Positions 19,566-28,733 of a stretch of 40,885 nt of DNA are shown piece after piece. The translations under genes were made by a program, and so were the position numbers. The stretch's first letter is position 1; each line of letters begins with the position of its first letter. The DNA is taken from the sequence record DRR723986_609. One strand, 5' to 3'. The notes beneath the pieces are model-generated. The model ran no database searches, was not told the origin of the DNA, and was given only the letters and a program-made list of their open reading frames with translations.

Positions 19566-20169
19566 AAATTATACCTTTTTGATTTTGCTCATCTTGCATT
19601 TGGTGGGTATAGGATTGTTTGCCTATTTGCAATACGCTCCAGAAATTTCCTACGTAACTATTTTGCTCAGCGCGGTACTCGTTTTTTTTAACGAACCAAA
19701 ATCAAATAAAACGATATTAATTTTCATCTCAATTTTTTTAGCCGGTTTCGTCATTGAATTAATTGGCGTGCAAACTGGCTTGCTGTTTGGGAGTTACAGC
19801 TACGAAACAGCAATGGGGCCCTTATTCATGGAAACGCCGATTGTTATAGGCGCGACATGGTATGCCGTTGTTGTAGGGGCTGCAAATATTGCAAGACGTA
19901 TTAAGGGTTCTATTTTTGGCAGGTCAATTATAGCTGGCTTGATGGCGGTTGGTCTTGATTTTTTTATTGAGAAAGTCGCCATTGCTTATGGTTTTTGGTC
20001 TTGGGAACTAGGCGTTATTCCTCTGTTCAATTATGTGTGCTGGTTTATTTTTAGCGCATTGTTTGCCTTTTTGTACCTCCAATTTCAAAAAAATGAAAAT
20101 GCTGCGGCGATCAAACTCTTTGTTATTTGGTTGTTGTTTTTTGGACTTCTAATTCTACTAAAAGTATGA
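19552..20169 (+). CDS. cruF: Carotenoid 1,2-hydratase (CruF/DUF422 family)
   Basis: ELIGVQTG..FGSYSY....GP, D...E..A....FWSW and P..NY..W motifs in a polytopic membrane protein. Start at ATG 19552. Confidence 0.8.
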   Translation: MAIIRNYTFLILLILHLVGIGLFAYLQYAPEISYVTILLSAVLVFFNEPKSNKTILIFISIFLAGFVIELIGVQTGLLFGSYSYETAMGPLFMETPIVIGATWYAVVVGAANIARRIKGSIFGRSIIAGLMAVGLDFFIEKVAIAYGFWSWELGVIPLFNYVCWFIFSALFAFLYLQFQKNENAAAIKLFVIWLLFFGLLILLKV

Positions 20170-20612
20170 TAATAGTATTAGTTATAGGTTTAGCCTTTTT
20201 TGGTATGGAGTTCATGGCCTGGTTTACCCATAAGTATATCATGCACGGCTTACTATGGTCAATTCATGAAGATCATCATCAACCGAGAAGCAAAAGATTT
20301 GAGAAAAACGATTTATTCTTTTTGATTTTTGCTATTCCATCATGGTTGTGTATAATGCTGGGGCTTATTTACGGAGCTTCCATTGCTGTTGCCGTTGGTT
20401 TTGGAATCATGTTATATGGAATTACTTATTTTTTAGTTCATGATGTGTTAATTCACCGCAGATTCAAATGGTTTGACAACACTAATAATCGTTATTTTAA
20501 GGCCATCAGAAAAGCGCACAAAATTCACCATAAAAACATGAAAAAAGAGCATGGCTCTTGTTTTGGGATGCTTATTGTGCCAAGAAAGTATTTCATTGAC
20601 CAAAAATCATAA
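20166..20612 (+). CDS. crtZ: Beta-carotene hydroxylase
   Basis: His boxes HKYIMH, HEDHH, HDVLIH and HKIHH; FEKNDLF. ATGA overlap with cruF at 20166. Confidence 0.92.
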   Translation: MIIVLVIGLAFFGMEFMAWFTHKYIMHGLLWSIHEDHHQPRSKRFEKNDLFFLIFAIPSWLCIMLGLIYGASIAVAVGFGIMLYGITYFLVHDVLIHRRFKWFDNTNNRYFKAIRKAHKIHHKNMKKEHGSCFGMLIVPRKYFIDQKS

Positions 20613-21304
20613 TGACAGATTATTTGTATCTGATATTAATTTTACTGACGCCTTTGGGACCTTTAGCATTAAGTTTCGATAAGAAAGTACGCTATGTTAC
20701 TAAATGGAAATGGGCTATGTTATCTGCAATACTAGTTGCAATTCCCTATTTAATTTGGGATGAGATTTTCACTAAAAATGGCTTTTGGGGCTTTAATCAA
20801 AACTACTTAACTGGAGCTTATGTAGGGAATTTACCTATTGAAGAAGTCTCCTTTTTTATAGTTGTACCTTTTGCTTGCACCTTTATTTACGCTTGTGTCA
20901 GGTACTATTTCAAATCTGCAAATCTTCAAAATTTCAATCTCATTTTTTATTTGTTGTTTTTTGCTTTTATGATCTGGATCGGCGAAGTTGGTGTAAAAGG
21001 ATGGTACACCAGAATTGCCATTAGTTTGGGTTTAATTTTAAGTCTGTTTTTGTTTATTCGTAGAGATAAATTTGTTTTTATCCCATTGACTTTCGTTTTT
21101 TCATTAATTCCTTTCTTAATCATGAACGGTATCTTGACTGGCTCCTTCATCAAAGAACCAATAGTTTGGTACAATGAGGTTGAATTTTCAGGATTAAGAA
21201 TCTATACCATACCATGTGAGGATGTGGTGTATGGCTTTGGTTTAATTGTTTTGAACCTATTTCTTTTTATTTGGATGGAAAAACGATTTACCAAACCACT
21301 TTAA
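20612..21304 (+). CDS. crtY: Membrane lycopene cyclase (fused CrtYc/Yd type)
   Basis: Two cyclase repeats (WD....G.WGFN...LPIEE..FF and NGILTG...VWYN...IPCED..YG). Confidence 0.8.
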   Translation: MTDYLYLILILLTPLGPLALSFDKKVRYVTKWKWAMLSAILVAIPYLIWDEIFTKNGFWGFNQNYLTGAYVGNLPIEEVSFFIVVPFACTFIYACVRYYFKSANLQNFNLIFYLLFFAFMIWIGEVGVKGWYTRIAISLGLILSLFLFIRRDKFVFIPLTFVFSLIPFLIMNGILTGSFIKEPIVWYNEVEFSGLRIYTIPCEDVVYGFGLIVLNLFLFIWMEKRFTKPL

Positions 21305-21395
21305 ACATTATATGTTCGCATAAACTAGTGGGATACAGCTAGATTTTTTAGTTAAGGTATTTACTTAAAATTCAATCTTACTATCTTTACTGGGA

Positions 21396-22310
21396 ATGAA
21401 TTGGCTAAAAAATCCGTATCCCTTCATTTTTGAAGATTCCAAATCACAAATAAAAATGACTATTCTAGTGGTTGTTTTTGTCACACTCTTTCTGTACATT
21501 TTTCGTCCCTTTAATTATGATGAAATACTGCTCATTAATCCATTACAGGCTTCAATTCTGTATGGATTTGTTGCCGGAATAGTCAGCTTGTTCGTTACAA
21601 AAATGTTAATAGCTTTTGCACCTGATTTTACTTCTGAAAAAGATTGGAATATCGGAAAGCAACTATTCTTTTTAAACTTAATTTTACTTGCGGTAACACT
21701 GGCAAATTTGATTTTTTCATACTGGTTTCAAATTCATGATTTAAAAGGGAGATCTTTTTTACAATGCCTACTTCAAGATTTAACTTATACTTATGCGATT
21801 GGATTTTTTCCGGTTTTAATCGTAACGCTTGTGGGTTTTTATGTTCGGTTAAAAAGGAACTTAGCGGCTGCTGAAGAATTGAATAAAAAGATTGAGTTCG
21901 CAGATGGAAATGCAGAAAGTCAAAATGTTCGTCTTGTGATACCTTCTAACGCTAAAAGTGATGACTTAGAAATCAATGTTCAGGATCTGGTTTTTGTAAT
22001 GGCAGATGGTAACTATGTTGAATTTCATCTGAAAGATGAGAATAGAACTCAACGGAAAATAATAAGAAATACCATGAGTAACGTGGAAGAACATTTAAAT
22101 GATTTTGATTTTTTATTCAGATCTCACCGTGCATATATTGTCAATTTAAATTTTATAAAAGAAAGTTCTGGTAATGCTCAAGGTTATCAATTGAAAATGA
22201 AAAACACAGATACAATTCTCCCTGTATCCCGTACGAATCTTGATAGGTTCAAGAATGTTATTGAGTCAAATCGACAAAATCCAGCCTTGCATTTCGTCCC
22301 AAATTCTTGA
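21396..22310 (+). CDS. Membrane-anchored LytTR-family transcriptional regulator
   Basis: Four N-terminal TM helices and a LytTR domain (ADGNYV, FRSHRAYIVNL, LPVSR). Confidence 0.85.
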   Translation: MNWLKNPYPFIFEDSKSQIKMTILVVVFVTLFLYIFRPFNYDEILLINPLQASILYGFVAGIVSLFVTKMLIAFAPDFTSEKDWNIGKQLFFLNLILLAVTLANLIFSYWFQIHDLKGRSFLQCLLQDLTYTYAIGFFPVLIVTLVGFYVRLKRNLAAAEELNKKIEFADGNAESQNVRLVIPSNAKSDDLEINVQDLVFVMADGNYVEFHLKDENRTQRKIIRNTMSNVEEHLNDFDFLFRSHRAYIVNLNFIKESSGNAQGYQLKMKNTDTILPVSRTNLDRFKNVIESNRQNPALHFVPNS

Positions 22311-22378
22311 CAATCACCACAAATTTGAAAAATATCAATCTGTCTCAATTACCTTTGAAGCAAATAATTTTTTGAGAC

Positions 22379-24739
22379 ATGAAAACCTTTATTTTCACAA
22401 TAGCTCTATTTATCTCATCTGGATTGTATGCGCAAAATTTAACGCAAACAGTTAGGGGAACCTTGAAAGACAAGCAAACCTTTGAGCCGTTAATTGGAGC
22501 GAAAATCATTATTGTAGGGACAGAACCTTTGATCGGAGCTGTGTCAGATATAGATGGAAAATTTAGGCTAGAAAATGTCCCGGTAGGAAGACAACAAATC
22601 GCCATCAGCTATGTGGGTTATGAACCTATTGTTTTATCAAACATTGATATAGCTTCAAAAGAAGTGGTTTTAAACTTAGAAATGACTGAAGCCGTGAATA
22701 TGATGAACAAGGTAGAGGTGAAGGCGAATAAAGAAAAAGGCGAACAAATTAATAAAATGGCTACGGTCTCTGTCCGTCAATTTTCTGTTGAACAATCTAA
22801 CAGATTTGCAGGTTCGTTTAATGATGTAGCGAGAATGGCTCAAAATTTTGCCGGTGTTCAAGGTGCGGATGATTCAAGAAATGATATTGTGATCAGAGGA
22901 AATTCTCCAACAGGAGTTTTATTCAGAATGGAGGGAGTTGATATTCCAAATCCTAATCACTTTGCACGTTTTGGTACAACTGGCGGCCCTGTTTCTATTT
23001 TAAATAATAACGTTTTAGCGAACTCAGATTTTATGACTGGCGCCTTTCCCGCTGAGTATGGGAATGCTATAGCAGGGGTTTTTGATTTGAAAATGAAAAC
23101 CGGAAATAATGAGAAGCATGAGTTCATGTTTCAATTTGGCTTCAATGGTGCTGAGCTAATGGCAGAAGGGCCATTGAGCAGAAAAACAGGAGCATCTTAC
23201 TTAGTGAATTACCGTTACTCAACACTTAAACTATTTCAAGTAATCGGAATTAATTTTGGCTCTACAGCTTTACCCAATTATCAAGACGCAGCATTTAAAC
23301 TTAATTTTCCTTCTAAAAGGGGATTAACTACAGTTTTTGGTATGGGAGGATTAAGCAATATTAATATTCTAGCAGAGAATGCAGACAGTACTGATTTGTT
23401 TGCGCTTGATTATTCAAATACTTATTTCAATTCTCAAGTTGGAGTAGTGGGTGTTGCACATAAACAAAGAATTGGAAAAAAGTCATACATCAACGCTTCG
23501 TTAGCTGCTCAAGCAAACGTCAACATAATTGACAATGATACGGTAGATTTTAATTTCGAAAACCCTTTTAAAACTTACGAAAGCAATTCTGTGATTGCAA
23601 AAATTGTAGGGGATGTGTTTTACAATTATAAGATCAATGCTAAAAACATGTTTAAAGTAGGCGTGCATGCTGATTTATTTTTGCTGGATCTTGTTGATTC
23701 TGTATATTCTGGTCCTTCTTTTGGTTTTGAAACCTTAAGAAATTTTACCGGAAACACTTTGTTATTGCAACCTTACGCTCAATACCGATACCGACCTACT
23801 GAAAAAATAACTTTGAATGTTGGTTTGCACTCCCAGACTTTAACCTTGAATTCAGAAACTTCAATTGAACCTAGATTTGGTGCTGCTTGGCAAATGACTA
23901 AAAAAGATCGATTGTCATTTGGTTATGGATTGCATAGTCAAATGCAGCCGATAGAAGTTTATTTTAAGGAAGTGCCAGACGGTACTGGGCAAACAACACA
24001 GCCTAACAATGAATTAAAATTTACTAAAAGTCATCACTTGGTTTTAGGCTACCAACACCGATTTGCTTATGGTATAAACGCAAAACTTGAAGCCTATTAT
24101 CAATCTTTATATGACGTTCCAGTAACCCCGCAACCTTCTTCTTTCTCAATGGTGAATTTTGGTTCTGATTTTAATACCGCTCTACCCGATTCATTAGATA
24201 ATGATGGAACCGCATCAAACTACGGCTTAGAACTGACCCTTGAAAAATATTTGGATAAAGGCTTTTATTTTATGATAACCACGTCAATTTACGAGTCAAA
24301 ATATAAAGGTTCTAACGGTGTAGAATTTAACTCAGCCTTTAACGGAAACTATACCTTTAATACCTTGGCGGGTTACGAATTTAGATTCAAAGAAGGTAAA
24401 AAGATTAAACCATCTTTGACCATAGACTTTAAGTTCACTTATAATGGAGGAAGTAGATATACACCTGTTTTGGTTGAAGAAAGTAATTTGGCTGGTACTG
24501 AAGTGAGAGATTTTTCTCAAACCAATACGCTTACTTATCCTGATTATGTGAAATTAAATGCACGAGTAGCCTTTAAAATGGTAGGTAAAAAAGTCACGCA
24601 AGAAATAGCCTTTGATGCCCAGAATATAACCAACCGAAAAAATGTTTTTGTCCAAGAATATAACGTGCAGTCAGGTAAATTCGAAACAACCTATCAGACA
24701 GGTTTTCTGCCGATAGGTCAAATTCGAATATATTTTTAG
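22379..24739 (+). CDS. TonB-dependent receptor with an N-terminal carboxypeptidase-regulatory-like domain
   Basis: Signal peptide, EPLIGA...DIDGKF.L.NVPVG, plug motif (DVARMAQNFAGV...NDIVIRGNSP), barrel ending in F. Confidence 0.9.
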   Translation: MKTFIFTIALFISSGLYAQNLTQTVRGTLKDKQTFEPLIGAKIIIVGTEPLIGAVSDIDGKFRLENVPVGRQQIAISYVGYEPIVLSNIDIASKEVVLNLEMTEAVNMMNKVEVKANKEKGEQINKMATVSVRQFSVEQSNRFAGSFNDVARMAQNFAGVQGADDSRNDIVIRGNSPTGVLFRMEGVDIPNPNHFARFGTTGGPVSILNNNVLANSDFMTGAFPAEYGNAIAGVFDLKMKTGNNEKHEFMFQFGFNGAELMAEGPLSRKTGASYLVNYRYSTLKLFQVIGINFGSTALPNYQDAAFKLNFPSKRGLTTVFGMGGLSNINILAENADSTDLFALDYSNTYFNSQVGVVGVAHKQRIGKKSYINASLAAQANVNIIDNDTVDFNFENPFKTYESNSVIAKIVGDVFYNYKINAKNMFKVGVHADLFLLDLVDSVYSGPSFGFETLRNFTGNTLLLQPYAQYRYRPTEKITLNVGLHSQTLTLNSETSIEPRFGAAWQMTKKDRLSFGYGLHSQMQPIEVYFKEVPDGTGQTTQPNNELKFTKSHHLVLGYQHRFAYGINAKLEAYYQSLYDVPVTPQPSSFSMVNFGSDFNTALPDSLDNDGTASNYGLELTLEKYLDKGFYFMITTSIYESKYKGSNGVEFNSAFNGNYTFNTLAGYEFRFKEGKKIKPSLTIDFKFTYNGGSRYTPVLVEESNLAGTEVRDFSQTNTLTYPDYVKLNARVAFKMVGKKVTQEIAFDAQNITNRKNVFVQEYNVQSGKFETTYQTGFLPIGQIRIYF

Positions 24740-27315
24740 TATTGTTTCAGTACTTTCTTCGTGAGGACCTGCCCATCTGCTTTAAGCAGACTTACCAAGT
24801 AGAACCCATCCTCAAGGTCCGTAAGGTCAAGTTGGCCTTCAAAAGATCCTAAATTCATTACCTGTTGCCCTTGCATATTATGTACGAATATTTGAGCAAC
24901 ATTTTCAGATGTTAGAATAGTTATTAATCCACTTGTCGGATTAGGGAAGACTTGGTAATCAATTAATTTAGGGTCTAAATCGATTTCATCTACACTACCG
25001 GTTGTGCAATCATCTAGACAGATATTAGAAATACACATGGTAGAATTACCTAATTCAACATAATCAAAATCTCCTTCTATAGTGATATACTGCTCTCCAG
25101 CTATAGTATCAGAAGTATAGGTCCAATTTGGATTGAAAATGGTGGTATCGTAATAAGCTCCATAAATCGTATCTCCGTCAATTGCGGTATAGTAAGCGGC
25201 TAGCACACTATAGGTTAGTTTTTTACAGTTGAAGAGCGAGCTTGAAACATCTATTCCCAGATTACCAATAAAACAGAATTCGTTGTTTGTAGAATCAATA
25301 GAAATTGGATAGAAGTTGGTGCTGTCCACTTTTATTAGGTCAATATCCCCTGATGTCATAAAGACGGACCCGTTAGGATAAGTTGCGTGATCTGTTCCAA
25401 CAGCTTGAATATAGGTGTAACTGTAGTTGCTAAAATCAAGACATGATCCTGATGATGGCGCGCATTCAGCTAAACAAATATCTTTCAAACACATTGTTGA
25501 ATTACCAAATTCAACGTAGTCAAAATCACCTTCAATAGTAACTACTTGGTCTCCTCCGGTTGTATCTGAATGATAGGTCCAATTGGCGTTGTAAATTGTA
25601 GTATCGTAATAAGCGCCATAAATAGTATCACCATCAATAATAGTATAATACGCCGCTAATATTGAGTAGGTCAATTTCTTACAAGCGAAAGATGAAGATG
25701 ATATATCAATTCCTAAATTGCCGATCCAACAGAAGCTGTTTTCGGTTGAGTCTATAGATAGAGGGAAGAAGTTGGTGCTGTCTACTTTGATGAGGTGAAT
25801 GTCTCCTGAAGCCATAAAAGTTGAACCGTTAGGATAGGTCGAATGATCCGAGCCCACATTTTGAATATAAGCGTTACTGTAGTTTCCAAAATCCAAGCAT
25901 GAGTTACTCGAAGGGGCACATTCGGATAAGCAGATGTTTTTAATCGTTGAACTGGTCATCCCAATTTGAACGTAATCAAAAGCACCCTCAATGGTTATTA
26001 ACGGATCCGTAGAGGTATTGCTGACAGTGAAAGTCCAATTAGGTCTATAAATTACCGTGTCAGTATAAGGGTTCCATATGGTATCGCCATCAATTGAATA
26101 CAAAATATTGAATTCGTTAAATGATAGTACTCTGCATGAATAATTTGCTGTTGATACGTCTATCCCAATTTCCCCTACGTAGGATAGAGAATTATTCGTT
26201 GAATCAACGAACTGATAGAATGAGTTGGATGTTGTTGGTTTGATTAATTGAATATCCCCTGAAGTTGCAAAAGTTGATCCTGCGGGATAAGTAACATGGT
26301 CGGTTGAAACTGTATTCATATGAGCATTCGTGTAATCACCAAAATTTAAGCAAGAATTTGATGAACAATCCGTCAAGCAAATGTTGCTTATACATGTGGT
26401 TGATTGGCTGATTTCAACATAATCAAATTGACCAATTATTCCGACTGTTAATTCACCTCCTGTCGTATCTGAATCATAAGTCCAGTTTCCAAAATGAACG
26501 GTGGTATCAGCGTATGTTGGGTTAATGGAATCTCCATCAACAACTATCCAAAATCCCGCAATTAAATCAAAAGTTAACTCTCTACACGCATAATTTGCTG
26601 AAGAAACATCAATGCCTAACCATCCGATATAACACATTTGATTATTCCCAGCATCAATGAACTGGTAAAAACTTGATGTATTGGGCTTAATTAATTGAAT
26701 ATCTCCTTCTGTTATAAAGGCCGAACCGGCTGGGTATGTTGTGTGGTCATTCGTAACATCATTTAAATAAGCATCCGAATAATTACTAAAGTTTAAACAT
26801 GAGGGTCCTCCTGTATCACAAGAGCTTAAGCAGATGTTACTGATACAAGTGGTAGAAGGGCTAATTTCAACATAATCAAAATCTCCTTGGATAGTTATAC
26901 TATGATCTCCACCGGTAGTATCAGAATCAAAAGTCCACATTCCACTTGAGATGGTGGTGTCAGTGTAGCCTACTCCTATAGTGTCGCCGTCAATTGTTAT
27001 CCAAAAACCAGCTACTAAATCAAAGGTTAATTCTCTGCAGCTCGCACTAGAGGTTGAAACATCAATACCCAATTCTCCAATATAACACATTTCATTATCG
27101 GCTGAATTAATGAATTGATAGAAAGTGCTGGTGTTGGGTTTGATGAGCTGTATGTCTCCCTCCACGATAAAAGCAGACCCTGGAGGATAAGTTGCATGAT
27201 CGCTTGATACAGTATTGATATAAGTATCCGTGTAATCCCCAAAATTGATACAGTCAATTTGTGAATATCCAACTGAAAATACAAACGCGATAATAAAAGT
27301 TAAGATGCTTTTCAT
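24736..27315 (-). CDS. T9SS-secreted protein with five tandem ~150-aa Cys-containing repeats
   Basis: Signal peptide ending YSQ, five repeats from C[IL][ND]F to ICL..C, then a CTD (VFPNPTSG...HNMQGQ...LEDGFYLV...KKVLK). Confidence 0.85.
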   Translation of the reverse strand: MKSILTFIIAFVFSVGYSQIDCINFGDYTDTYINTVSSDHATYPPGSAFIVEGDIQLIKPNTSTFYQFINSADNEMCYIGELGIDVSTSSASCRELTFDLVAGFWITIDGDTIGVGYTDTTISSGMWTFDSDTTGGDHSITIQGDFDYVEISPSTTCISNICLSSCDTGGPSCLNFSNYSDAYLNDVTNDHTTYPAGSAFITEGDIQLIKPNTSSFYQFIDAGNNQMCYIGWLGIDVSSANYACRELTFDLIAGFWIVVDGDSINPTYADTTVHFGNWTYDSDTTGGELTVGIIGQFDYVEISQSTTCISNICLTDCSSNSCLNFGDYTNAHMNTVSTDHVTYPAGSTFATSGDIQLIKPTTSNSFYQFVDSTNNSLSYVGEIGIDVSTANYSCRVLSFNEFNILYSIDGDTIWNPYTDTVIYRPNWTFTVSNTSTDPLITIEGAFDYVQIGMTSSTIKNICLSECAPSSNSCLDFGNYSNAYIQNVGSDHSTYPNGSTFMASGDIHLIKVDSTNFFPLSIDSTENSFCWIGNLGIDISSSSFACKKLTYSILAAYYTIIDGDTIYGAYYDTTIYNANWTYHSDTTGGDQVVTIEGDFDYVEFGNSTMCLKDICLAECAPSSGSCLDFSNYSYTYIQAVGTDHATYPNGSVFMTSGDIDLIKVDSTNFYPISIDSTNNEFCFIGNLGIDVSSSLFNCKKLTYSVLAAYYTAIDGDTIYGAYYDTTIFNPNWTYTSDTIAGEQYITIEGDFDYVELGNSTMCISNICLDDCTTGSVDEIDLDPKLIDYQVFPNPTSGLITILTSENVAQIFVHNMQGQQVMNLGSFEGQLDLTDLEDGFYLVSLLKADGQVLTKKVLKQY

Positions 27316-27404
27316 TGTGGTAAGAGTTTTTTTTTTAGCAAGACGTGTTGATTATTAAACGGTTGTGTAAAGTTTTCTTTTAATCAAGTTTTTATATTTG
27401 AAAC

Positions 27405-28508
27405 ATGAATAAACTCACAATTATATTTTTATTAGGTGTATTAGTCTCGTTAGGCGCCTGTAAAAAAAAGGGATGTACTGATCCTGAAGCATTAAATTAT
27501 CATACTAATGTTAAAGAGGATAATTCGCTTTGTAAGTATGAAGACACCACTCTGGTAACTGTTCAACGTATTTCATATGGCAGTCATGAGCGTCAACATT
27601 TTGATTTGTATTTGCCTCCTGGACATAATAGTCAGACTAAAACCGTAATCATGATTCATGGTGGAGCCTGGGTGCTTGGACCTCAAGCTCAAGATTCGGT
27701 TATTACTTTCAACGGTGGACTTGGATGGGATATTGTTAACCCTCTACTTTCTGATGGATATGCTGTTGCTGTGATGAAGTATCGTTTGGCGTGTTATACC
27801 ACGCAAACAAGCGCTTTTACAGGTGATCCAAATTTTTATATAGGAGATATGATAGAGGACATTGATTTGGCCATAGGTAAATTAAAAGCCGAGGCCTCAA
27901 CTTTAGGAGTTTCCTCAAACAACTTTGCATTAATAGGAGAAAGTGCTGGTGCTCAAATTTCATTAATCTACGCACTAAGAAATTCTTCAGATTCAGATTT
28001 GAAAACGGTAATTTCCTTTTATTCTCCAGCTCTAATGGATGACGAGTCATTTAAATCGGCTGCAGGAACCTTTCCTTATACAGCGATTCCTTTGAGCAAT
28101 GAGTTCGGGATGCCGAAATACGCGAATAACTGTAATTTTACAACTACAGGCAATGTCAACCTTTTTTGGGGTTTAAAAAGTTTGGCGGGATATGATCTAC
28201 AAATGGGTACTCAGTTTCCAGCTTACACAGATACTTTAAGTCCTGGTTATCTTCCCAATATTCAGAGAAACTTGCCCACTTTTATTTTGCACGGAGCAGC
28301 TGATGATTTGGTTCCTCCTGCTCATGCGGATACTCTGATTGACAGAATTACCTCTGCTTTCGGAACATCACCCGCATCTTCTGGTGACTTTAATGCTCAA
28401 CACAAAATGCTGAAATATGCGAATTGCGGACATGGATGGAATGGAGGTTCATGCAACAGGTCGCAAATGATTGATGATGTTCAAAGTTGGTTAGCTGCAC
28501 ATTTTTAG
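27405..28508 (+). CDS. Alpha/beta-hydrolase (HGG-type esterase/lipase) lipoprotein
   Basis: Lipobox LGA-C, HGGAW oxyanion hole, GESAG nucleophile, LHGAADDLVP (Asp) and CGHGW (His). Confidence 0.85.
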   Translation: MNKLTIIFLLGVLVSLGACKKKGCTDPEALNYHTNVKEDNSLCKYEDTTLVTVQRISYGSHERQHFDLYLPPGHNSQTKTVIMIHGGAWVLGPQAQDSVITFNGGLGWDIVNPLLSDGYAVAVMKYRLACYTTQTSAFTGDPNFYIGDMIEDIDLAIGKLKAEASTLGVSSNNFALIGESAGAQISLIYALRNSSDSDLKTVISFYSPALMDDESFKSAAGTFPYTAIPLSNEFGMPKYANNCNFTTTGNVNLFWGLKSLAGYDLQMGTQFPAYTDTLSPGYLPNIQRNLPTFILHGAADDLVPPAHADTLIDRITSAFGTSPASSGDFNAQHKMLKYANCGHGWNGGSCNRSQMIDDVQSWLAAHF

Positions 28509-28515
28509 AAATACT

Positions 28516-28541
28516 AAAACCCTCTCGTCAGAGGGTTTTTT
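28516..28541. terminator. Intrinsic terminator, probably bidirectional
   Basis: Perfect stem-loop AAAACCCTCT-CGTC-AGAGGGTTTT followed by further Ts, between two convergent stop codons (28508 and 28543). Confidence 0.85.
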
Positions 28542-28542
28542 C

Positions 28543-28662
28543 TTAACAACAACTGTTATTTTCATTGCAACAGTTTCCGTTGCAGTTGCAATCACATTGA
28601 CATGATTGTTGTGTTGTGCATTGGCAATTTTCACAATTGCATTTTTCGTTTCTAGTATTCAT
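28543..28662 (-). CDS. Small Cys-rich protein, putative metallothionein (39 aa, 12 Cys); not in the ORF track
   Basis: Hand translation: MNTRNEKCNCENCQCTTQQSCQCDCNCNGNCCNENNSCC*. ATG is preceded by an A-rich leader; it has its own promoter-like motif and is followed by a terminator. Confidence 0.8.
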   Translation of the reverse strand: MNTRNEKCNCENCQCTTQQSCQCDCNCNGNCCNENNSCC

Positions 28663-28700
28663 AACTCTATTTTTTAATTTGACTTTAGTGTCATATATAG

Positions 28701-28726
28701 AGACGAACTACTTAGAAAAAGACGCA
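28701..28726 (-). promoter_or_regulatory. ECF-type promoter for the Cys-rich peptide
   Basis: Minus strand TGCGTC-TTTTTCTAAGTAGTT-CGTCT (15-nt spacer), matching the site upstream of the sigma gene. Confidence 0.7.
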
Positions 28727-28733
28727 ATTTTTA

